Shown here: piece by piece, positions 36,391 through 48,471 of the stretch
Layout: each line of letters begins with the position of its first letter
How positions within the stretch are numbered: the stretch's first letter is position 1
From: Sporopachydermia quercuum
Taxonomy: Eukaryota
Assembly (NCBI GenBank): GCA_001599295.1
Contig: BCGN01000003.1
Location: forward strand, 1,178,001-1,242,000
Length of the DNA stretch: 64,000 nucleotides
Direction of reading: 5' to 3'
Program-made: the position numbers and the translations under genes
The notes under the pieces: generated by a model
The model's input: the letters and a program-made list of their open reading frames with translations, nothing else
Database searches by the model: none
Told to the model about the DNA's origin: nothing

Positions 36391-39300
36391 ATGTCCAATC
36401 CTGCTGATCAGCAAATAAAACATGGTTCTACCGATGGTAGTGAAGACCCTCAAGACTTCGGGAACGAAGAACCCAAGAATGAAAACCCCAACTCAAGAAG
36501 AAGGGCCAGTATCTTCGATGATTCTCAGTCAATTGATGATGCTCAGACTATAATGCAAGATGAGTTAACTAGAACCGCGAGTAATGTCGATGTTTTGAAG
36601 AGGTTGACTCGCCTTACCGAAATTCTTTCTCATCAAAGAAGGACTGAAGCAAATACTTACAAATTGAATATGGATGATTTTGATTTACGAGTCCTATTGG
36701 AAGCTTTCGCAGCAAGATCTGCCCGTGAAGGTATTGAACTCAGAAGTTTGGGTTTTACTTGTTCGAACTTAACAGCTTATGGTATTGATATTAGTGCTTC
36801 ATATTGTGATACTGTCTATGATTTGATTGTCACATTTTTTGCCTTACCCTACAAAATTTACCAAAAATTGCATCTACCAGTTAGAAAAATCATACGAAAT
36901 ATTAACGCTACGGCCAGACCTGGTGAGATGATCTTGGTTTTAGGAAGACCTGGCGCTGGTTGTACATCGTTTTTGAAATGTATTGCTGGTGAGATTGATG
37001 AATTCACTAAAGTTGAGGGTGATATTCTTTATGATGGCCTTCCTCAACCTCAAATGCTAAAACGATTCAAAGGTGATTTGATTTATAACCCTGAGTTAGA
37101 TGTTCATTTTCCTTATCTTACTGTCAATGAAACACTGTCTTTCGCAATCGCTATGAGAGCTCCTAGAATTAGACCTCAACAAGTCTCGAGATCAGAATAC
37201 ATTAGAGCTTACAGAGATGTCTTAGCCACAGTATTTGGTTTGAAGCATACCTATGATACTTTAGTTGGTAATGATTTCATTAGAGGAGTTTCCGGTGGTG
37301 AGAGAAAAAGAGTCTCCATTGCTGAAGCCTTATCTGCGAGAGCTTCCATCTACTGTTGGGATAACGCAACAAGAGGATTAGATTCTTCTACGGCATTGGA
37401 ATTTGCCCAAGCTATCAGAACCGCAACCAATTTACTTAATAATGTGGGTATTGTAGCGATTTATCAAGCTGGTGAGAATATTTATAAACTTTTTGATAAA
37501 GTGACAGTTCTTTATGATGGTCGTCAGGTATTTTTCGGATCTACTGATAAAGCGTGCGCTTATTTCCAAAGTATGGGATATCATAAGCCAGCTCGTCAAA
37601 CATCACCAGAGTATTTGACTTGTGTTACTGATCCTGCTGGAAGAATTATCGAACATGGATTCGAGAAGAAAGTACCTATCACTGCTGAAGAGTTCGAAGC
37701 TTATTGGCTGGCTTCTCCTGAATACCAAGAATGCATTGCTGAAATCGAACAATACAACGCCAACGTCAACTCTAATGAAACTGCTCATAAATTCACTACT
37801 ATCTTGAACCAAGAGAAGATGAAGCATCAAGTCAGTTTTTCCAAATATAATCTTACTTTTCTCAGTCAATTCAAGTTGTGTTTGAAAAGAGGTCTACAAA
37901 GAATAAAGAATGATAAAGCATTCACTATCACTAATACTGCCTCCGCTATTATCATGTCTNTAATCATGGGTTCTCTTTTCTACCAGATTCCTGGTGATAC
38001 TGCGGGTGCCTTCTCAAGAGGTGGTATCGTCATGTTTGCTCTTTTGTATTTTGCTTTAACTTCAGTCTCTGAAATTTCTCCTGCTTTTGAACTTCGACCA
38101 ATTATTGCTAAACAGAAATCTTACTCCTTCTATCATCCTGCCACGGAAGCTTTAGCTCAGCTATTGACTTCGTTGCCTATCAAGCTTCCTGCTATGGTAA
38201 TATTTTCAGTAATCCTTTACTTTTTGGCTGGTTTGAAAAAAGATGCAGGTTCATTCTTTGCATTTTTCCTTTTCCTGTTGATAATGACTTTGATTATGTC
38301 TTCTTTGTTTCAAATGATTGCTGCCTTATGTAAGTCGTTGTCTCAAGCTCATTTGTATTCAGGTATTGTCATGCTTGCTATTGTGATTTATTGTGGTTAT
38401 TGTATTCCTACCACCGCTATGCATCCTTGGTTCAGATGGATTGGTTATATCAATCCTGTTAGCTACGGTTTTGAAAATATCATTACTAACGAATTTCATG
38501 GAAGAGAGATGCCCTGTGCGTCAAGTCAATTGGTACCTCAAGGAGGTATTTATGATGACTTACCAATGGATTACAAAGTTTGTGCGTCAACCGGTTCTCT
38601 TCCAGGACAATTCTACGTTAATGGTGATACATATGTTGAGTACCAATTTGATTACTCCTACAGTCATGTGTGGAGAAACCTTGGTATTATGTTTGGTTTC
38701 TGGATTTTCTTCTTGTCCATTTATTCTTTGGCCACAGAATACTTGCGTCCCCTTGCTGGTGGCGGTGATAGACTTGTTTTTCTTAGAACAGCGAAAGGTT
38801 TGCCCCAGGAGCTTGGTGTTAAAGCCTTCGGAAGTAATCACAATGAAACAGCATCTGGAAATTCTTCCAATCAAGAAGAAAATGATGCTATTGACTCCTC
38901 TTCCCAAGATCCCGAAAAAGGTGACGTTGTGCCTACTGGTGGACGTGTTTCTATTGATGGTAAAGTTGGCGATGCTTCAGAACTTAAAGAAGTATTTGCG
39001 AAAGATAAAACATTTGGTAGAGATGTCTTTGTTTGGCAAAAAGTAGATTATACAATTCCTGTCCACAACGGTTATAGAAAGCTTCTGAATGATATTCAAG
39101 GTTATGTTCGGCCTGGTACTATGACTGCTTTAGTTGGTGAATCAGGAGCAGGCAAAACTACGTTGCTTAACGTTTTATCTCAAAGAATCAAGTTTGGTGT
39201 TATTACTGGTGATATGTTAGTTAATGGTAATCCTATTGATGCTTCCTTCCAAAGAAGAACTGGGTATGTTCAACAACAAGATTTGCACATTTCAGAATTA

Positions 39301-41034
39301 ACAGTCAGAGAGTCTTTGCTATTTTCTGCACGAATGCGTCAACCACAAACAGTTCCTGATCAAGAAAAAATTGACTACTGTGAAAAAGTTATGAAGTTAC
39401 TTGGTATGGAAGCTTATGCTAATGCCATTGTTGGTGATATTGGTCGAGGTTTAAACGTTGAACAAAGAAAAAAACTGTCCATTGGTGTTGAACTAGTTGC
39501 TAAACCATCTTTATTATTATTTTTGGATGAACCGACTTCTGGATTGGACTCTCAATCTGCTTTGTCCATTGTTAAATTTTTACGGGAATTGGCTGATGCT
39601 GGACAAGCTATTTTATGTACTATCCATCAACCTTCTGCTACGCTTTTCGAATATTTTGATCGATTATTGTTACTGAAAGCAGGTGGTAGAACAGTGTATT
39701 TTGGTGATATTGGTGAGAACTCTAATGTTGTTACTGGATACTTTGCTCGTAATGGTTGCAGAGAATGTTCACCTGAAGAGAACCCTGCTGAGTATGTTTT
39801 GGAATGTATTGGCGCTGGCGCAACAGCTACTGTGCAGAAAGATTGGGGCGATGTTTGGTTAGAATCACCAGAATTACAGAAAATCACTTCCGAAATCAAT
39901 GAAATGATGACAGAGTTACCAGTCAAAGCGAAAGAATGGGAAGCTGAGGAAGATACTGCTTATATTGAATCTTTACAAAAAAAGTATGCTACCAATTATC
40001 TATACCAATATAAAAAGGTCGTTGAAAGAACTGCAGTTCAATTTTGGAGAGATCCTGTTTATATTTGGTCTAAGCTTTGTCTGGATATCTTTGGTGGTTT
40101 ATTCTTAGGTTTTACATTTTATCATGTTCAACATACCGTTGGTGGCACTATGATTGCTATGTTTTCTGTCTTTTTGATTCTGCTTATCTCTTTAACTCTT
40201 ATTCTTCAAATTCAGGATAGAGCTTTACAAGCCCGTGAATTATATGAAGTAAGAGAAAGAAACAGTAATACCTACCACTGGGCTGTCCTGATTTCTGCAC
40301 AAATGACTATCGAGGTTGTTTATAACGTTTTTGGATCTTCGCTGACATTCATTTGTTTCTACTTCCCATTGAGGGTGAATAATTCTGGTCCTTATGCTGG
40401 TTATTTTTACCTTGTGTACGGCATTGTTTATCAACTCTACCTTACTACTTTTGGTTTATGGATTATATACTTTTCCCACGATTTACCAACAGCTGGTGCT
40501 ATTGGTTCTTTCTTGTTTGCTATGATGATTGCTTTCTGTGGCGTTGTACAACCAGTTGATCTTATGCCTGGCTTCTGGACATTTATGTATAAGGTCTCCC
40601 CATACACATATTTTGTTCAATCCTTCCTTGGTGTCATTTTACACGAGCTTCCTATCCGTTGCACCGATAATGAATACCATTATCTTCAGGCTCCATTGGA
40701 TATGTCTTGTGAAGAATATCTTGGTGCTTTCATGCTATTCGCTCCTGGATACCTTAAAAATCCCGATGATAGAGGAGGACTTTGCGGTTACTGTGAATTC
40801 AACGTCGGTGATGACTATTTAGCTTTGATTGGCGCTAAATGGAGTTATCGATGGAGAAATTTTGGATTCTTCTGGGTTTATATCATCTTCAATTATTTCG
40901 CTGCACTTGCATGTTATTATCTATTCAGAGTAATTGAATACAACCCTATCACTGCAATCAAGGCAAGAATATTATGGTGGAGACGTCTTAGACAACATGA
41001 AACTGAAAAGTTACTTGCTCGGTTAACTCGTTAA
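36391..41034 (+). CDS. Full-size PDR/ABCG multidrug transporter (Snq2/Pdr12-like)
   Basis: NBD1 GRPGAGCT, VSGGERKRVSIAE, WDNATRGLD; NBD2 GESGAGKTT, LNVEQRKKLSIGVEL, FLDEPTSGLD; two TMDs with WRNLG/WRNFG motifs. Confidence 0.96.
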   Translation: MSNPADQQIKHGSTDGSEDPQDFGNEEPKNENPNSRRRASIFDDSQSIDDAQTIMQDELTRTASNVDVLKRLTRLTEILSHQRRTEANTYKLNMDDFDLRVLLEAFAARSAREGIELRSLGFTCSNLTAYGIDISASYCDTVYDLIVTFFALPYKIYQKLHLPVRKIIRNINATARPGEMILVLGRPGAGCTSFLKCIAGEIDEFTKVEGDILYDGLPQPQMLKRFKGDLIYNPELDVHFPYLTVNETLSFAIAMRAPRIRPQQVSRSEYIRAYRDVLATVFGLKHTYDTLVGNDFIRGVSGGERKRVSIAEALSARASIYCWDNATRGLDSSTALEFAQAIRTATNLLNNVGIVAIYQAGENIYKLFDKVTVLYDGRQVFFGSTDKACAYFQSMGYHKPARQTSPEYLTCVTDPAGRIIEHGFEKKVPITAEEFEAYWLASPEYQECIAEIEQYNANVNSNETAHKFTTILNQEKMKHQVSFSKYNLTFLSQFKLCLKRGLQRIKNDKAFTITNTASAIIMSXIMGSLFYQIPGDTAGAFSRGGIVMFALLYFALTSVSEISPAFELRPIIAKQKSYSFYHPATEALAQLLTSLPIKLPAMVIFSVILYFLAGLKKDAGSFFAFFLFLLIMTLIMSSLFQMIAALCKSLSQAHLYSGIVMLAIVIYCGYCIPTTAMHPWFRWIGYINPVSYGFENIITNEFHGREMPCASSQLVPQGGIYDDLPMDYKVCASTGSLPGQFYVNGDTYVEYQFDYSYSHVWRNLGIMFGFWIFFLSIYSLATEYLRPLAGGGDRLVFLRTAKGLPQELGVKAFGSNHNETASGNSSNQEENDAIDSSSQDPEKGDVVPTGGRVSIDGKVGDASELKEVFAKDKTFGRDVFVWQKVDYTIPVHNGYRKLLNDIQGYVRPGTMTALVGESGAGKTTLLNVLSQRIKFGVITGDMLVNGNPIDASFQRRTGYVQQQDLHISELTVRESLLFSARMRQPQTVPDQEKIDYCEKVMKLLGMEAYANAIVGDIGRGLNVEQRKKLSIGVELVAKPSLLLFLDEPTSGLDSQSALSIVKFLRELADAGQAILCTIHQPSATLFEYFDRLLLLKAGGRTVYFGDIGENSNVVTGYFARNGCRECSPEENPAEYVLECIGAGATATVQKDWGDVWLESPELQKITSEINEMMTELPVKAKEWEAEEDTAYIESLQKKYATNYLYQYKKVVERTAVQFWRDPVYIWSKLCLDIFGGLFLGFTFYHVQHTVGGTMIAMFSVFLILLISLTLILQIQDRALQARELYEVRERNSNTYHWAVLISAQMTIEVVYNVFGSSLTFICFYFPLRVNNSGPYAGYFYLVYGIVYQLYLTTFGLWIIYFSHDLPTAGAIGSFLFAMMIAFCGVVQPVDLMPGFWTFMYKVSPYTYFVQSFLGVILHELPIRCTDNEYHYLQAPLDMSCEEYLGAFMLFAPGYLKNPDDRGGLCGYCEFNVGDDYLALIGAKWSYRWRNFGFFWVYIIFNYFAALACYYLFRVIEYNPITAIKARILWWRRLRQHETEKLLARLTR

Positions 41035-41670
41035 AGAGCATTAATCTTTAAACCAATTGATCCAAATTCCGAGATACCATCACATTAATGTATGTTTTAT
41101 AAATGATTTTTCTTTATTCTTTTTTGACTAAGCTTACAACTCTAATACAATTTTTTTTTTGCAATTCAATAATATCAAGTTAATAAAGATTATAATATTT
41201 ATTTACATATTATCAACTCTATGCCTAGGTTTCATTATATTTCTCTAAACTGACACAATTCGATCACTTGCTTATACTTTCAATGAAAGCATTGTCAAAC
41301 TGAGTTTTAGATCACATAATCGTTTAATAGTCGTTGAATACATTTTATTATATTACGTAAACAGAAATACCTCCTGTCTTCATTCTTATTTTGAATTGAA
41401 GTTTCATTCACCATTTTGTTAAACGAGTGTTTGACTGTAGTTATGTCTCCCACGTACAAGGTACTTTATTCTGATGTGTATATAATTCCTAATCACTTTG
41501 TAAGACAGTTTGTCATTGTTTTGACATATCGGATGCCTTTTGATTGAACAGTAGTGGATATCCATTTATTAGTAAAATATCTAAGGCTAAAAAGAAACTA
41601 TGAACTATTTCCAGGTCCTTCAGAGACTGAGGTTAAAACTTTGAAGGCAGTATGGTAGTTCCTACACATG

Positions 41671-41712
41671 ATTGAAGAAAATAATTGAAGAAAATAATTG
41701 AGGAAAATAATT
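41671..41712. repeat. 13-bp tandem repeat ATTGARGAAAATA x3.2
   Basis: Units at 41671, 41684, 41697. Confidence 0.85.
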
Positions 41713-41976
41713 TCTAAATTCTGTTAATCGCGAATGATTTTTTTGCGTTACTATATATTTTCAGAGAACTATATAACTATGATTTGCATGACTATTGNTT
41801 TCTAGTTGAGTTGATTCCAAGAACTGGCAATCATAATTTGTAGTTATAAGAATTGGTTAGCAGCAGGTGCAGTCAAATAACAATAAGTTAGTTCATTCAT
41901 ATAAAGTAGGATAAACGGTAAAAAATGCATTTTATTGTTTATTTTATTGATTAATTTTAGCAGCGCCACGCAATAA

Positions 41977-44352
41977 TTACTTTTCAGTTTTGTCAAAGTA
42001 CTCTTCAACAACAGTAGCAATCGTTTCATCTAACTTTGACTCTTCGGATGCCCATTTGCTGATGATGGCAATTAGGAATTCATCATCATCTCCTTCCGTA
42101 ACGTCAGAAAAATCATAATCAGTATTATCGTCATACAATTTACGATCAAACGTAAGTATCCTTTTCGTAATTTCCTTGGCAGCGCCCTCATCGTCTTTTT
42201 TCAGCGATTCTTCGATTGAGTTGAATATTGAAGATTCTAAAACTCTAGGGTAAATAGCTTCGAATAGAATACTATTCTTTTCCTCGTCATTAGATGCAGA
42301 GGCAACGCTTGCCATCAAATTAGAAATATGTGAAGGTACGGCAGGAGAGTTTACTTCTTCTTTACGCTGCTTGTAGGAAGAGGCCGAAGTGGTATTGCCT
42401 GGTGAATTAGAATTATATCCTGTATCTTCACCTCTTCGAGCCCAGCGATTATTCGGACTGCCGTTATGACTATGACCCACCAAATTACTGCTACTGTTAC
42501 CATTACTGTTGAAGCTTGGTTTCTTACCTTTTGCTTTGTTACCATTGCCGGGATATCCATAGAGCTGTCCCATACCAAAATTTGGGTTATACCCACCCCA
42601 AGATTGAACTGGATATTGGTATACGTAGCTAGGATCATAAGACAAGGATTCAGAACCTCCAACAGGTGGCACTGCAGGTACAGTGGGAAGGTAATATAAA
42701 GGACCAGCAGATTGACCAGGAATACCTGTTACTCCCTCAGATAATCCAGCTGAAGAGTCAGATCCAGGAACAGGCATCGGAATCATACCAGAATACAACA
42801 AAGGATAGAATGGTTGTGGGGGAATATCTCCATGAGTGTCTAAGTCTTCAGGTTCAATTAAGTCTGATTGGTCGTCTGATGATGCAGATACTGACGCCTT
42901 TGATGAGTCACGAGCATTGTTTCCATGATTAAAAAATCCTTGTACTGGGAAAGGGCTACCAGAATTTGCAAAATGGTAATAGGGATAAGGTCCTGGTAGA
43001 TATCTATAATTGAAGACGTTATTGTGATTGAAATCATGCGGTTCTTTCCTTTGAGCAAAAGCAACCTGTATCTTCTTACCTCCATGCTCTGTTCCATCAA
43101 GTTCGCTGATAGCACTGGTTGCATTAGATTCGTTCTGGAAAGAGACAAAACCAAATTGCCGAGATCGGCCTTCGTGATCTAACATGAGTTTCACAGATAG
43201 GATTTTACCATACTTTTGAAATAAATTGCGAAGATCTGATTCAGTAAAGTCTGCAACTAAATTCCGGACAAACAAGTTATATCCATGTGGTGACTTTGAA
43301 GCCCCAGTTTGAAATGACCCACTACTACTAGTAATAGCTAGGTCATTTGGCTGATTTCGAACACTTTTAAATTTCTTTCCGATGTTTTTGCTTGAATCCT
43401 GGCTATAAGAATTATCAAAGTGTTGTACTGAACGTTCTCCTGATTCATCAGCGACATATTCTGGAGAATAATAATCATTCATCACTGGAGGATATGGGCC
43501 GTAGTTATAGTATCTATGCTCGTTTTTCCTCTGTGCTCGAGATACGAACAACTTATCACCATCTAAAACATGTGATTGGAGCTCATTCATTGCTTTTACT
43601 GCTTCTTCATGTGAGGATAGCTGAACAAATGCAAAGACTTTTGGATGGGATTCATTAACACGAGGTTGATTGATTGAAACAACCGTTCCATATTTTTCAA
43701 ATAATAGCTTTAGATTTGATTCACTAAACCCCGGACTTAAATTAGATACATATAAAGTAGTAAAGTTCTCAGGACTGTTATAGTGATTTCTGTTGTAAAA
43801 AAATTTCTGGTTCTTCGCCTGGTCAAAGCTATTAGGATAAACAGCTTGCTTACTACTGTTAGAACTAATGGTACTTTGAGAGGAAGGTTTCTTACTCTTT
43901 GGTGTATGCATGCTTATAAATATTTTATTTTTGTTGAAAGTTTTTCCAGACAGACTGTCAATTGCTTTCTGAGCAGTCTCAGGCTTATCAAATTTAACGA
44001 AGGCATAACCTTTGGATGTACCATAGTCATCATATGCCACTTTACAAGATAGAAGTTTCCCAAATTCTTCGACTAATTTACTTAGAGATTGATTATCAAC
44101 AGATAGATCCAGATTTTTTATAATTACTGTAGATGATTTTTTCTTCGCGCTCTCAGTTCCTTTCATCTTTTCATTCACTTTCTCTTTAGCCCGAGGCTGA
44201 GGTTTTGGTTTGAGATTGTACGTGGTACTGTCAATATCAACTATGATAGAGAATTCTGAGGTTAATGACTCATCAGAAGTCACTGAATCCGTATCAATAT
44301 CTTTTGAATATACTGAGGATACCTCAGCTGGTTGATCTTCAGTTTCTTCCAT
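41977..44352 (-). CDS. PABP-related RNA-binding protein, 3 RRMs plus degenerate C-terminal MLLE/PABC-like region (Pes4/Mip6/Crp79-like)
   Basis: RRMs: VIIKNL...SKGYAFVKF; TTLYVSNL...VFAFVQL...LFVSRAQRK; NLFVRNL...RQFGFVSF...QVAFAQRK. C-term EKNSILFEAIYPRV...AAKEITKRIL. Start may lie in an upstream exon (GCTAAT...ATAG near 44395-44369). Confidence 0.8.
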   Translation of the reverse strand: MEETEDQPAEVSSVYSKDIDTDSVTSDESLTSEFSIIVDIDSTTYNLKPKPQPRAKEKVNEKMKGTESAKKKSSTVIIKNLDLSVDNQSLSKLVEEFGKLLSCKVAYDDYGTSKGYAFVKFDKPETAQKAIDSLSGKTFNKNKIFISMHTPKSKKPSSQSTISSNSSKQAVYPNSFDQAKNQKFFYNRNHYNSPENFTTLYVSNLSPGFSESNLKLLFEKYGTVVSINQPRVNESHPKVFAFVQLSSHEEAVKAMNELQSHVLDGDKLFVSRAQRKNEHRYYNYGPYPPVMNDYYSPEYVADESGERSVQHFDNSYSQDSSKNIGKKFKSVRNQPNDLAITSSSGSFQTGASKSPHGYNLFVRNLVADFTESDLRNLFQKYGKILSVKLMLDHEGRSRQFGFVSFQNESNATSAISELDGTEHGGKKIQVAFAQRKEPHDFNHNNVFNYRYLPGPYPYYHFANSGSPFPVQGFFNHGNNARDSSKASVSASSDDQSDLIEPEDLDTHGDIPPQPFYPLLYSGMIPMPVPGSDSSAGLSEGVTGIPGQSAGPLYYLPTVPAVPPVGGSESLSYDPSYVYQYPVQSWGGYNPNFGMGQLYGYPGNGNKAKGKKPSFNSNGNSSSNLVGHSHNGSPNNRWARRGEDTGYNSNSPGNTTSASSYKQRKEEVNSPAVPSHISNLMASVASASNDEEKNSILFEAIYPRVLESSIFNSIEESLKKDDEGAAKEITKRILTFDRKLYDDNTDYDFSDVTEGDDDEFLIAIISKWASEESKLDETIATVVEEYFDKTEK

Positions 44353-46006
44353 TTCTTTAGATAAATATCCTATGTGTTGAATGTATTCGATTAGCAAGAC
44401 CTGATGGTGCTGAAGGTGTGTTCAACGATGGATATACCAAATGCAAAGATCCTTCAGCTTATTCTTTCTAAGAATGACAGCCATGCAATTACGTCTCTTG
44501 TGTCTGAAAACCAAGTAACAGTGATAGGCATAATCGATGGTGGTGGAACAATTTTTTCACGAAAAAGTAACGAAATAATCATTCAGAGACTGACTGAAAA
44601 GTGCGATTAATAGAATGTCGGTAGATGTGAGTGTGAATTAACTAAGGATTGTCAGGCGAAAAGGAGTGTGACATGAGACATGATTTGAAATTAGGAAATA
44701 ATGGAACGGTATTATAAATTTAGTGACACATGAAAGATGACGAGTGCTAAATATTAGGCAGCTAAAACCTACCAATAAAAGAATCAAAAACATCTTGGAA
44801 TGAATTCATGGTTTAGTATGCAGCTGATGAGTACTACTGGTACTTCTATTCTGTGTGAAAAGATCTGATTAATCTGACTCATGTGTCACATCGGCGGACA
44901 AATTATCATTGTCAGGCCAGTGAGAGACGAAACTGCTACAATTGGCAATGCCTTAAATAGTGGATTGGAGAAAAACGATTGCGGATGGAGATATAGCTTT
45001 AATGATAACCCACCGTTCTTTATGGTAAGTAATTTGTGTAATCTTTATTATCCAACATATTTAACAAATTCTTCCCACAGTCAAAAAAATAGAACCTCTA
45101 TAGGACTTACCGTACTGCTCTAATGACTCAAGTTAGAGGACAGAGAGACACACAGGAAAGTATTTTTCGCCAACTTCGGAACCACACCAACANATAATGT
45201 TAGAACACAACTACTAACATGCCTGAAAAACAATCTTACAGTTGCATGCAGATATTTATCTCTATATTGCTTTTTACTGTTAAGCTCCATATTTTTCTTA
45301 GCGATGAAGGTTGTAGAACAGTACGTACAGGAATCTGGAGATTAACAAAATCACAAACTGATTACTTGATCAAAATTTCTTTGACCCCAGAGATTTAAGT
45401 TTGCTCTGGAAGTTTTGATAAGCCCAATTAGGATACGATGCCCTGACAACCTATTGTGTGTGTATACATCAAATACATCAAATCTCATTATGTTTTCATA
45501 TCAAATATATGAGCATGATTGCATAGAATGCCAGGGCTGCTTGTTGATAGTTCATACAAGGAAAAGAAGGATTCAGAGTGTTTGTAATGCCAAAGACTTG
45601 AGTCTACTATTAGACGAGTGTGAGTATTACTCCAAGCAGTTACCGAGACATGTTTGACGACCATATTCGCAGTGCCCGGGTGGAGAGAAGTGGTTTCTAC
45701 TTTTCATTTTTGCCAATGTAAGGATAGAATCAATAGTTTAAAAACGAAAGACTATGCCAACATCAATTAAATCAGCATCAAATATGTTGACTAGGTAAAA
45801 GCTAAAGACAAAGACTATAAAAAGGTATATAGAAAAACAATAATACAGAGAGAAAAAACCACCTTCATGATACTAATATACATCACAAACACCTTTATTG
45901 ATTGAGAATATCGCACCGTAACAAAAAAAAAGATTTAAGGGAGTAGGAATAAAGTGAAAGGAAAAACACATCAATTACCAAAACTAAAGTCGATTTTCCG
46001 TTGACA

Positions 46007-46651
46007 TTACTTCTTAGCAACCTTCTTCTTTGGGGTTGCTTCCTTCTTTGGGGCAGCAACTTTAGTCTTCTTAGCTGGTGCAGCCTTTTTTGGCTTAGTG
46101 ACCTTCTTTTCTTTGGTAGCAGTAGTCTTCTTAGGGGCAGTCTTCNTTTTGGGAGCAGCTGGTTCAACAACCTTGGGCTTCTTTTCCTTCTTTGGTGCTT
46201 CTTTCTTGACCAATTTCACTGGACCAGATGGACCTTTTGGTTGAATGAAATCACCAGCAGCAACACCCCTTCTGAGAGCAATATTGAATTGAGAATCAAA
46301 ATTTGACTTGACCTTGAATTTACCTTCAATGTACTTCTTAATTTGTTGACGCCTAAGAGAACTGTTAGAACCCATTTCTATGAAATACCACGTCATTAAT
46401 TCCTGTAACCGGCCTCAGCATTCACACATACGAAGATCCCTTTCTATCCTTAAGTGAAACAATAGCCTCCTTGATCATATCTATAACCAATAGTTAGTAT
46501 CATTTATTTGGAGCAAATCCCTGTTATTTCTTTTGTATAAAAAGAAAAACAGCAAAGAAAACAATCACCGCCACAAAGTTTTCGTACCCTTGTAAGTAGG
46601 ATGTTCAGGAGCAACCTTCTTGGTAGCTGTTTCAGATTTCTTTGGGGCCAT
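46007..46651 (-). CDS. HHO1: Linker histone H1, single globular domain plus Lys/Ala/Pro tail; exons 46651-46588, 46480-46432, 46352-46007; 152 aa
   Basis: Spliced [30 protein letters not shown]...FIQPKGPSGPVKL; introns GTACGA...TACTAAC...TAG and GTATGT...TCTAAC...TAG. Confidence 0.95.
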
Positions 46652-48471
46652 TGTTGATATTAGTTTATATATTAGTTGAGTGTGAAAGAACAAAATGTAA
46701 ACAAATTGGACGCTGTTAGTTATTCGTCAGGTTTTATCGGTTGTTATTGAAACAAAGCGCAATTAACAACTTCTTTAATTGAATATAATTTCAGCTTTTA
46801 ATTACTGAAGTAAAATAGTTTTGATTGGTAAAGGGAAAGGAAAAAATTCAAAAACAAAACATAGCAAGTAAATGAACAAGTGGTAAGAAAGAAGAGAAAA
46901 ACAAAATAAGGGAACTAGCCCATATATTATTATTTTTGGTGATTAACATTTACAAACACTCGGTATGTTTTCTTTTTTTTTTTTTGTTTTGAATTTATTT
47001 GCTTCCTCACTCAAATTGACTCCCTGCTACTAGTTGTACTTCCATTTACGAACGANAACGAATAACTTGGTACCACGCGTTTTTCCACTTAAAATCTCTC
47101 ATATTTTTATTTATTGTTTATATATGAAATGCTTTTATTACCAGGTGTTATCAACTTATTTTTCTTTCATTGAAGTAGTTTAGTTATTGCTTTCTTACTC
47201 TTGAATGCACTAAGGTCCAATGAGCGAAAGGAATTCAATTTAGTACGGAATAGCGTTACTGAGTGTATTTAACCTACAATTGACAACCTTATAATATAGA
47301 AAGTCTTAATGAAAAGTGTGCAAGTTATTGGGCAGTGAATAACCAGGTTGGATTATCCAATCTTTCTTTTTTCTTTTTGGTTGTATTGGAGTTCAACCAT
47401 CTTAATTTTATGAAAATTGTTGTTGAACATTGTGGATGACAGTCGGCCTCCCTTTCGTCGTTTACTTTGGCTGCTCCTCGTTGGGGATTCACGTATCTCA
47501 ATTTCTATATTACTCTTAATTATCATTCCAAATGGACATCACAAATACTACTATCAATTATGATTCATATCGCTTCAGTAGTATTTTGTTTGATTTCTTT
47601 TTACCTGCTTCTGGTCTTATGCACAACATCATTGACGTCTAACCAGCCATTGGCTACACCTACATTGATATGAACGTTCGCACTCGAATAGTATCCTCTG
47701 AAACAGAAAAATTTAGTACTATCTATTCTCTTAGCTCAGTCTCTACCTATTATCATTTCATGAAGTATATGCCATTAATCTTGCAATAAAACTCGTTGAT
47801 AAATCCAGTTTATCCTTTCTCTAACCTTATGGTCTCTATCAACTTCTCTGATAAGATACTNCGTAGTGAGTTACGATGTTAGAATTAATGTCATTATAAT
47901 AAACTTTTTTGACAAACATTAAAAGATTGCAAACTTTATTTGGATTGGAACCATCAACACAGGAGGATACCCTATTCAGTAAGAGGAGATGCAACGTTTT
48001 GTGGGGTTTAACTATGTTAAAATGTCCCATACGGACATGTGAAGTCAACTTATTCTCTATAATTTAGTTTGTGCTAAATATTACGCTTCAGTCCAACATT
48101 TACGCTTTCCTTTCAAGATAAAGTTTGACTAATTCATCAAGAACACTGTTCTCACATGCATGACCAATACTATACATAGATGCGTAAATGTTGTCATGTC
48201 CATTTTTGATTTTATTCCGGAGCTTTTAGTGTTATTATTCCGGGATATTCTAGAACCCTTTTCACATGATCGTCAGAGAGTAAATCTTTGGTCTTTGCGT
48301 CTCCTTCCATTATTTTTATTATCTGTCTACTGTAAAACAATTTTCTGTCATTATTGGAAAGATTAGATACATTTACTACGAACACAAATAGTGTTAATTA
48401 CAGAGATCGCTGATTGCNAATCTAAGTATCACATATCAGCAGGGCGACTTTCAAGAAATACTGACATCAGA

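Noticed and set aside
38393..39046. 217-aa alternative-frame ORF within the ABC transporter and similar antisense/shadow ORFs in PMR1, MON2, MSS116, H1
   Set aside because: Overlap established genes, no homology features; expected from codon bias.
47467..48366. Short ORFs between H1 and TBF1
   Set aside because: Under 70 aa, mostly non-ATG starts, AT-driven hydrophobic composition, no motifs.
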